Shown: positions 10,832-19,338 of the stretch, one piece after another
How the letters are laid out: each line of letters starts with the position of its first letter
Position numbering within the stretch: the stretch's first letter is position 1
From: Candidatus Bathyarchaeota archaeon
GTDB lineage: Archaea > Thermoproteota > Bathyarchaeia > Bathyarchaeales > Bathycorpusculaceae
Length of the DNA: 64,000 nt
NCBI GenBank assembly: GCA_963733095.1
Contig: CAVTBV010000016.1
Span: forward strand, 32,001-96,000
Direction: 5' to 3'
Made by a program: the position numbers and the translations under genes
Notes under the pieces: model-generated
The model's input: the letters and a program-made list of their open reading frames with translations, nothing else
Told to the model about the DNA's origin: nothing
The model's database searches: none

Positions 10832-11422
10832 CGGTCAAACTGCATCGTATCCGTGCAGAAAACCCAATCTGGATCCAGCCAATCTACAACGTCGTAGTGG
10901 CAGGTTACGGCTATGAATTTCTTGGAGCTTCTGCGAACTGCTTTGCTGATTGCAAAGGCGCTGACTTTGGCTATCTCTCTATCTACAACAGAGGTAAACT
11001 CATCAAACACTACCAACGGCTTATCCAAGGAAAGTGCTCGGGCGATGTCAACACGCATTTTTTCACCCTGGCTCAAACAATAATAGGCTTTGAGCCAGTC
11101 CGGCGGTGAAGCGAAACCTACGCTGCAGAGCATCTTTGTGATCTCTGAAGTTTCAAGGTCTTGTGGAAAGTCGTCTAAGACGCATTTGTTTTTGTATTCA
11201 AAGTCTCGAATGTAGGCATTTGGGAAAAGCTGCTTGGCGATGCTTGTTTTGCCAGAGCCGCTGCGGCCAACTATAATGCCAACCTGCCAATCATCATTTT
11301 CAATGGGTAATGAACCTTTGAAGTGTTTCTCTAATTTGACGTCAGAGAGTGTGTAGCTGCCGATTACACTTTGGGCTCTGAAGCTATCGGATTCTTCCAG
11401 CGTTTTATAATGTTAAAATCCG
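10744..11422 (-). CDS. ABC-type ATPase (COG2401-like ATPase/acetyltransferase system); 5' end frameshifted
   Basis: Walker A GIIVGRSGSGKT upstream of the listed ORF in the same frame; signature LSQGEKMRVDIAR; Walker B VVFDEFTSVVDR; AVTCHYD. Confidence 0.85.
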
Positions 11423-11944
11423 TAGCTTGTATCCCTCCAATCTTAGCTTCTCATACTTGGCTTTCTGATCAGCTTCGTCTCTGCATTCAACGATTATCTC
11501 ATAGGTTTCAGGAACCAAAAGAAACATCGCGGTCATCCACCTCAAAGGAAGTTTCTCACCTACCGATTCAAGAACGCCTTCAAATCTTCTTTTTCACCCT
11601 CTTCAATTATGCGCAAGTATTCGGCATTGTCTAGTCTTTGTTGTGTTTGCCTCTTAGCTTGTTTAGCACCTGCCGAAGTAATAGGCGGTCAACGTCTTTA
11701 ATGGGCAAGCGGATGACGCTGCACTCACTCATGCCCAGCTCCTTCATCGCCGTAACCCGCTGTGCCCCGTCAGCCACTAAAAGCTCACTGTTGGTGACGA
11801 CAGGTACTATGTCTCCCCACCTCCTGATGGATGCTTTCAACCGATCAAATTGCGCAAGGCTAACCTGTTGGGATTGTCTTGGTCAAACTTGAGGTCGCTA
11901 ATTTTCACTCGTTCCGACATCGGAATCGCGATTTCTTCTTTAAC
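11405..11944 (-). pseudogene. ParB/Srx-like N-terminal domain protein, multiply frameshifted
   Basis: ISDLKFDQDNPN...LKASIRRWGDIVPVV....VADGAQR..A..ELG; C-terminus YEIIVECRDEADQKAKYEKLRLEGYKLRILTL*. Confidence 0.75.
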
Positions 11945-11945
11945 C

Positions 11946-12613
11946 TCACACACTCTTTTTTGATGCCTCCATTTCCCTGTTTAAACTTTCGATCAATGCA
12001 TTTTGCTCCTCTGGGTGCGCTTCAAAATATTCCCTGATTCTTTGTGCAGTTAACTCGTGGTGGAGCAGCTTTAGTTCTTCAAAACTCTTCCTATGAAGAT
12101 TCCCTCGGGGTAGATTGCCTTTATTTTTACGTATAAGGCGTCCCACCAAGCAAAATCATCAAATGCGGGGTAATCCTCGTTTCGGTTATTGTTGTATTCA
12201 TAATCTTCTATGAGGCAGGCATGATTGAGTTGTTGCATTTCGCGGAAAAACCATAGAACCCTTAGCATGGCTCGCGCATCTTCGCCCTTCGGGTAAGAGG
12301 CAGCAAACCACTTGTAGACTAAGCGTTGCATGCGGTAGATCAGAAATTCGTATGATTGTTCAAGGATGGCGTTTTCCCAATCATTTAACCGGCTTAGGAG
12401 CTGTTTAGCCGCTTCATTTTGTTGCTCGACGTTTTTTGCGCTATTTATTATGGCTTGCGCATCTTCTTTCAAAGTTGATCTTATTTTATGTGCACGGTCA
12501 TGCAATAGGTGTTCGTCCACGTTGCCTACGTGGAGCGATATGTCATCGTCTTCTGGGGGGAAGTCCAAGATGTTTTCTTCTAATTCGTGTAGTTTGCGGC
12601 TCAACATATTCAT
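11946..12613 (-). CDS. Hypothetical helical protein (ORFs 12071-12613 and 11946-12149 are probably one frameshifted gene)
   Basis: Overlapping same-strand ORFs with protein-like halves. Confidence 0.5.
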
Positions 12614-12707
12614 CAGAAACTCCTCCTGGTCCGCTCCGCCTTTAGTTTTTCATCTTCTTGGGTTTTGGGAATTAGTATGCTGTTTTTTAGCTTCTCCTCC
12701 AGGGCTA

Positions 12708-12938
12708 TTACCCTGAACTCCAGTTCTTCATCTTTGAGTAGAGTGCTGTAGGTTGATACGGCTGAAACCAACACCCTTGCCCACCTTGCTTGGCTTTGTC
12801 GCTGTTTCCGGCACCATGAATTTTTTTGTGGGAGAGGCTTAGTACGCCGTCTAATACGCGAAATAACGTGTTTCTGCGGTCTTTCGCTGAGCGGTTTAAT
12901 GATGGTTTCTTGACGGTTTTAGCTTCATCTTCACCCAA
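12708..12938 (-). CDS. Hypothetical protein, probably frameshifted (MGE-like)
   Basis: ORF co-oriented with the ParB/ATPase/GNAT operon. Confidence 0.4.
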   Translation of the reverse strand: MGEDEAKTVKKPSLNRSAKDRRNTLFRVLDGVLSLSHKKIHGAGNSDKAKQGGQGCWFQPYQPTALYSKMKNWSSG

Positions 12939-13089
12939 GCTATACTATACTCTCCTAAGTTTGCTCCAACACCAGCGGAGAAAAGACAACAAAGTGAGTT
13001 ACTCTCAAGACACCGCAAAACAAGACAACGGTTGTTAGTATATTTGTTTAAGCAAATAAAATTTGCTATCAAACCTCATAGATGAGGAA

Positions 13090-13197
13090 GGGTTTCGGGG
13101 GCTCTGGACCGATGGAAGGAGAAAGAGCGAAATGATAAACGCTCCTCACGAGACTGTAGTCAAGTATCGTGAAATTAATCAGAGCCCTCTCAGCCCC
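13090..13197 (+). repeat. Bulged-stem dispersed repeat, copy B
   Basis: GGGTTTCGGGGGCTCTGG...AAGGAGAAAG...TCAGAGCCCTCTCAGCCCC. Confidence 0.65.
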
Positions 13198-13223
13198 ATT
13201 GTTTCTCCAATGCATTAAATGAC

Positions 13224-13238
13224 TAAAAAAGGGGAAAA
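13224..13238 (-). terminator. Pyrimidine/oligo-T terminator of propeller gene 2
   Basis: Minus strand TTTTCCCCTTTTTT after the stop; the same motif occurs near 16360 and 19304. Confidence 0.5.
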
Positions 13239-13260
13239 GTGGTTTTGGATATTATCGAAT

Positions 13261-15984
13261 TTATGGTCGCTTTCGCAGAATTAGCATTGCCAATACTATG
13301 CCAATTATCGCGACGAATACGAACAGCCCTATGATTGCGGGAAAAAAGTTTGATCAGCTACAGAGGATGTTGTAACTACCGCAGGAGTAACTGTTGCTAC
13401 TGGTTCGCTGGCGGTGAAAGCTGTTGAAGCTGATGATGGATAGTAAGATTCTGAACCTGCAAAGTCTGCCAGACGGTGTAATTGCCTGTAATATCTGGTG
13501 TCCAAGTTAAACTGAAGGTTCCATAGGTATTGCTTGTAGTCGTTCCGATTTCTCTTGAGTTACCGTTTGAGTCTAAGACGGAGATTGTAACTGGCACGCC
13601 CGTTAGGCTGGTTGGCATCGGCTGCTGCTCATAAACTGCTTCCATGAACTGCTCCTGACTATCGTCAGATACTGCTGGTAAGCCGTTGGGGAAGTTCGCT
13701 GCAACTGCTTGCTGCTCTGAACCTGCCGAGATATCGGTAACTGTACCCGATATTGTTATTGGTGTGGCGGTTGTAACGCCTACGTTCGGTGCTGTCACAG
13801 TGGTTTTGCTCGGTCCTTTGCCGATGCAGTATATTTGGGAGTCATATGCGTTGAATGCTGTAATGTATCCGTCTGCAATAGCCGCATCCCATACGCCGCT
13901 TTCCCCAATCGCTTCACGCGCAGTTCCCAATTAAGGAGTCTCCATAGTTCCGCTCCGTTTAATGCGTTGAGGCAAACCAGATAGTATCCTTGTTCTAAAG
14001 GTGAATTGGGCGAGTGATCACTTGAATCAAAGACAAGTTTTCCGTCAGCAGTGAACTGGAGGTTCATTGGATTATTCCCATAGAAACTTGTGTCAGCGCC
14101 GCCAGCTTTATCAGTGTATGTCCACAAGGTTTTTCCGGTCGTTACGTTGTACGCAGTTACTACTCCGCTGTAGCCCCAACTTATAAGCATGCCTTCATAG
14201 AAGACGTTTGGCATGGAGTCAAAGTAGTTATATGCTGGTTCAGGTAAAGTCGGACCCCAAAGCATCTCTCCTGTTTCAAGACTGTAACCCCATCGTTGCA
14301 AAGTCAGTCCTTCGGCAAAGGTGAAGACCCCGTCTGCTAAATCTATGCCATCTAGTCCCACTTGATATCGATGTTTAACTAATCCATTATTTGGTGCGTA
14401 CGTACCAAATTGGTCCGATGGTACACCCCCGAGTACATTGGCAACTACGTCAGGCATTACTGTTTCTGGCGGTGTAAAGGATATGTTCCACAGCAACCTT
14501 CCTGCGTCTTCTGGCTTCACGCTTAAGGCCCATAAGTTGCCTTTTACGATGGTAGTGGAATTGTGTATTCCTCCAACTCCACCTACAACATACTCGCCTG
14601 GTTCAACTGCAAGAATGGTTCCTGTCACTGGTGACGATAATGACACGTTTATTGACCATCCTGTATCTCCGTTTTTCACGAAATTCTGTTCGGGATAATA
14701 GTTGCCATATAGCTGGTTGCCTTGTGCAACATTAGGTGTGATGCCCATTGTTTCGATTTGAGACGTGTTCCAACATTGCAGATATTGTAATCCGCCTATT
14801 TTGGCAAGGTTATATCTTAGTATGGCTCCGTCATTTCCGTAGGCTGGAAATCCGCTGGCTGACACGTTGGCTATTATGGCTACTGCACTGTAAGTATAGC
14901 CGTCAAGCATCTCCCAAGTTTGAGTGCCTGATCGGCTCGTGTAACCGGATGGTAATGTGACGCCTCTGGTTATCCACACGTAGGGGAAGGCACCGTGCTG
15001 GTTGGCTGAATCATATTCGTATATTGAAGCAAAATTTGGTTGCTCAAGATATGGACCAGCGCCTGTTATCGTTGCTGTCCGTGTTGTGTTGAAGAAATTT
15101 ATTGTTTTGCCTGTATAGAGATCAACGACGTACCAACCTGCTATTGATCCTGCTGTGTCATAAGCTGAGTAGATGAGTCTTCCATTGAGGATTATTGGCG
15201 GGTATAGTTTAAGTCCTTCGTAGTATACTGTCGCATAACCGTTACTCCCGAGTCGTTGATCCGCGATCCCTCCAACCCAAAGAGGTCGTGTCCACATTAT
15301 GTGTGCACTCCCTGGAACTTGACTAGTGGAAGTAAGGCGCTGCAGGTCTAGAGCATTGTTGTCTATCTCCCAGTGGCTAGTTTGCGCCGCACTATCGACG
15401 CCTAACCAGTTTGATGCTATCGTGTACCAGTTTCTGTTGTTTTGGTTTATTGGGACAGTCCAATAAGCCGTTGGAAGCGGAGGCTCCTGCCACGAGGGTA
15501 TCGGGTTCTCTTGAACAGTGACATTTATCGGATTGCTGTTGCTGGGCAATATGACGTCTCCGACAGAATCTGGATTAGCCGAGCTTGCAGGCAGGCCAGT
15601 AAGTGTTATCCCTTGAAATTTTGCCACGAAAGTATACGTACCCGCTTCAGTGGGAATGTAGTTAGTCGCTGCGTTTCCTCCAACATCAGATTTGAAAGGT
15701 CCGATTGTTTCGTTTGTTCCGTCAGGCTTCATAACAACAACCATAAAGCTGTATACGTCATTGTCAGCGCCGGTTGGGGGACTTGGTCGTGTCCAAATAT
15801 CAACGCGTATTATTTGACCGACGCCTATGGGGTTTGGTGCAACCGATAGTAACGTCCAGCTAGGAACAGTCCATGGCGGGGTGTGTGAACTAGCGTTTGG
15901 TATCAGTATGATTGAGGCTGTCATTGAGAGTGTTAGAATTGCTGCAATCAAAATAGCCATAGTTTTGTTTTTTAAATTTTGCAT
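13261..15984 (-). CDS. PQQ-like beta-propeller cell-surface protein 2 (frameshifts near 13925, 13470 and 13345)
   Basis: MQNLKNKTMAILIA signal peptide, PNPIGVGQ, PLPTAYW, FMEAVYEQ; TM tail PAIIGLFVFVAIIGIVLAMLILRKRP ends at 13261. Confidence 0.85.
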
Positions 15985-16100
15985 TTTGTTTTTCCTTTTC
16001 CTTTAATTTTGGTCAAGAAGTTCATTTCATTTAATTTAGGTTAAAAAGAATAAAAATGGACTTCTTGCCAATTTTCTAATGTCTACTTTCATTTAAATAA
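15985..16100 (-). promoter_or_regulatory. TATA box and 5' leader hairpin of propeller gene 2
   Basis: TTATTTAAAT at 16091-16100; IR 16011-16027 / 16054-16069 (GGCAAGAAGTCCATTT...AAATGAACTTCTTGACC); AATTAAAGGA. Confidence 0.65.
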
Positions 16101-16246
16101 CTTTGCATTTTACATTTCACGCTAAAACACTGTACAAAACTATGGATTTTTCTTCGCTTAATCAACTTTCAATTTATCCAAAGATCAAACCCTATCCAGC
16201 GGCAAAACCTCAATACTTAAGGCGAGAAAAGTCTCTTTGGAGAACT

Positions 16247-16331
16247 GGGGTTTGCTGAGGCTCTTTGGGCAAGAAGTTTTTAGGAGAGAAGAATCCAGGT
16301 TTAACTGGTAACAAAAGCCTTCTCAGCCCCC
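16247..16331 (+). repeat. Bulged-stem dispersed repeat, copy C
   Basis: GGGGTTTGCTGAGGCTCTTT...AGGAGAGAAGAA...AAAAGCCTTCTCAGCCCCC. Confidence 0.75.
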
Positions 16332-16397
16332 AACTTTTTCTCTATTGATTTTAAATGACTAAAAAAGGGGAAAGATAGTTTTTGGATATTGTCGAAT

Positions 16398-18920
16398 TTA
16401 TGGTCGCTTTCGCAACATAATCAATGCTAATACTATGCCAATTATCGCGACGAATACGAACAGCCCTATGATTGCGGGAATGAAATATTGGTCAGCTACA
16501 GATGGTGTGGTTAAAGCGGGTGCAACTGTTGACTCTGGTTCTGTTACGGTGAAGAATGCTTCAGCTGACGATGGATAGTATGATGCAGAGCCTAAGAAGT
16601 TGGCGCTGACTTTGTAGTCTCCTGCTATGTCTGGGGTCCATGTTAAGCTAAATGCTCCATTTGAGTCGCTTGTGGTTGTGCCGATTGTTCGAGTGTTGCC
16701 ATTGGAGTCAAGAACATCGATTGATACTGAGACTCCTGTCGCGTTGGTAGGTTTAGGTTGTTGCATGTAGACATATTCCATCCATGCACTTTGGCTTTCG
16801 TCAGAGATTGCGGGAACCCCGTGTGGGAAGTTGGCTGCGGGTGCTTGTTGTTTTGTGCCTGAAGAGATGTCTGTGACTGTTCCGCTAATTACCATCTTTT
16901 GTCCGAAGGGTTGCACTGAAACGGTAGTTGAGCTTGGTCCTTTACCATAGGCGTATATTTGGTTGTCATAGGCGTTAGGTTCTACTAAGACGCCGTCTGC
17001 AAGAACTGCACTAGCTTGGTTGACAGTTGTAAAGCTAGATACGCTCCAGATTTTCTCGCCTGTGGTTGCGTTTATAGCCCACAACTGAGACCCCTTGAAT
17101 ATTGGTGGACTGTACGTGTGTCCTCCTTCAACGTAGACTTTGCCGTCTGCAACTGCTTCAATATGGTACAGAGGGTAAGTGCCGTATGGAGTTTCATAAC
17201 CACTTGTTCCAGTGGAAAATGTCCATACTTCTTGTCCCGTGTCGACGTTGTATGCGTGGAGTGTTCCGCTGAAATCTGACTGGTAAAGCATGCCATATGC
17301 TACGATAGGGTCATATGCGACAAAGTAGCCCCATGGGTTATCGTAGGGTTGTGTTGGTCCCCATAGGTGTTCTCCTGTTGATAGGCTGTAGGCATCCCAT
17401 GTCATTGTTGGATGTGTAAATTCAAAGATTTTGCCGTCCATTGCAGGACTATCCATTATTCTGGCGAATGGTACATAAGTGTGGTTGGTTGGACCCCATA
17501 GAAGATTGCCTGTATGTGCATCGTATCCAACCCAAAGATCCCAGCCTAGTCCGAATCGGGCCACTGGTGTTGAGTGGAGAAGAACGATGTCTGAACTCAT
17601 AGTCAAGATGCTGAATTTCGGGTTAATTGGTTGGTTTTGGTACGTCGTAAGTAAGGGTGCTTGCATCTGTATGCCTTGGTCGAATGGAACCATTGCACCT
17701 TGCACTGGTCTCCAGTACCAATAGCGAGTTGCATCTAGTCCTTGAATGGCTTTGGTTGAGTTCCACATGCATAGAGTGTTGTCGGTGTTGTTAGTGTAGT
17801 AGCCCAATAGGTTTCCGCCTTCGTCCATGACGATTTTGCTAAAACTTGTTGCGTTAACGATGTCCAAAATCCAGTTTCCAGTCATTGCGTCGTATAGACC
17901 GTATGTAGTGCCTTTGTTGGGTTTCACTGTCGGTTCAATGCTCCAAAGGTATGAGAGTCCGCCGAACTGGTTTGGGGAAATGTAGTCGAGCACTTGACCG
18001 CATAGGAGTGAGTTGGTTGTTTCTTTTGTCCATACTGTTTCGCCTGTGCGTATGTCTAAGGCAACCCATCCTGCTGGATAAGTGCTGCTGCCTGGGACAC
18101 TCTTGAAGTAGAGTATTCCGTTTATGACGATACCTTGGAATTTGGGTTCGTACTGTGGCGTTTGGTAATAACTGCTGCCGTATTCGGTTCCTCCAAATTC
18201 GCCTCCGATGATACCTCCTGGTGCGAGGGGTTTGGTCCAGAGTACGTGTGCGCTGTTTGGTCCTTCAGTGTATGGGTTGAAGTTGCCGCTGATGTTGTAG
18301 TAGGCTCCGCCGTGACTTTGCATTACTGTTCCGAGCCAATTTCCGCTGATTTTGTACCAGTCAAGGTTCTCGGAGTATATTGGTCGTGTCCAGTAGTTTG
18401 TTGGAAGCGGATTTGATGGTGATAAGGGCACTGGTTCTTCTTGTACGACTAAAGTGACTACTTGGCTTGTGCTGGGCTGGTAGTAATCGCCGATAAATTC
18501 ATCGTTTGCACTTCCGCCCGGGATTGGGTTTTCACCTGATAGTGTTTGTCCTGGAAAATTGAATACGAATGAGTAGTTGCCTATTACGCTTGGAGTATAG
18601 ACTGTGTGTGATCCTCCAGTGTCGTCTGAGGTGAATGGTCCTAACTTTTCAGTAGTTCCATCTGGTTTTGTGACTGTTACTTCAAAGTTGTGCCATCGGT
18701 CTCCGTACTGGCTGGCTGCTGTTGGTGGAGGTTTGTCAATCCAGAAGTTGACGAAAGTTTCTTGACCAACCCCGACGGGGTCTGGTTCGATGCTGAGGAA
18801 TGCGTAAGTTGAAATCTGGTACGGTGGGTTGTGTGCGGTTGTCATCATTATTGAGGCCATTGAAGTCATTAGAATGGTTGCAATCAAAATAGCCATAGTT
18901 TTATTTTTTAAATTTTGCAT
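16398..18920 (-). CDS. PQQ-like beta-propeller cell-surface protein 3
   Basis: Intact 840 aa; signal peptide, propeller repeats (NATTGEKIW), WMEYVYMQ, TM + LRKRP. Confidence 0.92.
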   Translation of the reverse strand: MQNLKNKTMAILIATILMTSMASIMMTTAHNPPYQISTYAFLSIEPDPVGVGQETFVNFWIDKPPPTAASQYGDRWHNFEVTVTKPDGTTEKLGPFTSDDTGGSHTVYTPSVIGNYSFVFNFPGQTLSGENPIPGGSANDEFIGDYYQPSTSQVVTLVVQEEPVPLSPSNPLPTNYWTRPIYSENLDWYKISGNWLGTVMQSHGGAYYNISGNFNPYTEGPNSAHVLWTKPLAPGGIIGGEFGGTEYGSSYYQTPQYEPKFQGIVINGILYFKSVPGSSTYPAGWVALDIRTGETVWTKETTNSLLCGQVLDYISPNQFGGLSYLWSIEPTVKPNKGTTYGLYDAMTGNWILDIVNATSFSKIVMDEGGNLLGYYTNNTDNTLCMWNSTKAIQGLDATRYWYWRPVQGAMVPFDQGIQMQAPLLTTYQNQPINPKFSILTMSSDIVLLHSTPVARFGLGWDLWVGYDAHTGNLLWGPTNHTYVPFARIMDSPAMDGKIFEFTHPTMTWDAYSLSTGEHLWGPTQPYDNPWGYFVAYDPIVAYGMLYQSDFSGTLHAYNVDTGQEVWTFSTGTSGYETPYGTYPLYHIEAVADGKVYVEGGHTYSPPIFKGSQLWAINATTGEKIWSVSSFTTVNQASAVLADGVLVEPNAYDNQIYAYGKGPSSTTVSVQPFGQKMVISGTVTDISSGTKQQAPAANFPHGVPAISDESQSAWMEYVYMQQPKPTNATGVSVSIDVLDSNGNTRTIGTTTSDSNGAFSLTWTPDIAGDYKVSANFLGSASYYPSSAEAFFTVTEPESTVAPALTTPSVADQYFIPAIIGLFVFVAIIGIVLALIMLRKRP

Positions 18921-19034
18921 TTTGTTTTTCCTTTTCCTTTAATTTAGGTCAAGAAGTTCCGTTCCTTAAATTATCGTAAAAAGTATGGAAATACTTCTTG
19001 CCGATTCCTTTTTGTCTACTTCTTATTTAAAAAA
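18921..19034 (-). promoter_or_regulatory. TATA box and 5' leader hairpin of propeller gene 3
   Basis: TTTTTTAAATA near 19024-19034; IR 18947-18957 / 18993-19002 (GGCAAGAAGT...ACTTCTTGACC). Confidence 0.65.
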
Positions 19035-19177
19035 CTTTGCAGTTTCCCTCGGAAATATCTACAAAATTGTTTTGGGCTGTTCTTTCTCCTAAACAGTTTT
19101 TAATTTATCCAAAGAACCAACCCTATCCAACAGCAACTCTCAATACTTTAAGGCGAGAGAAGTCTCTTTGAGAAAGA

Positions 19178-19278
19178 GGGTTTGCTGAGGCTCTTTGGGC
19201 AAGGTTCTTTAGGAGAGAAGAACGCAAATGCAAATGCGTACCCCAAGTTGACCATTGAATAGAGCCTTCTCAGCCCCC
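19178..19278 (+). repeat. Bulged-stem dispersed repeat, copy D
   Basis: GGGTTTGCTGAGGCTCT...AGGAGAGAAGAA...AGAGCCTTCTCAGCCCCC. Confidence 0.75.
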
Positions 19279-19338
19279 AACTTTGCCAATGAATTAAGAG
19301 ACTAAAAAAGGGGAAAGATTGTTTTTAGTTTAGCCTTT

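Noticed and set aside
5871-15984. Phase variation by slipped-strand repeats in propellers 1 and 2
   Set aside because: Indels are in runs of only 2-4 nt and are multiple per gene, which fits sequencing error or decay better
16252-16311. Small ORF MLRLFGQ... inside the repeat
   Set aside because: Reading frame and length are not conserved between copies C and D, and it is absent in A and B
13090-19278. Repeat copies as canonical integron attC sites
   Set aside because: They lack the RYYYAAC...GTTRRRY core-site order, no IntI is visible, and the genes have their own promoters
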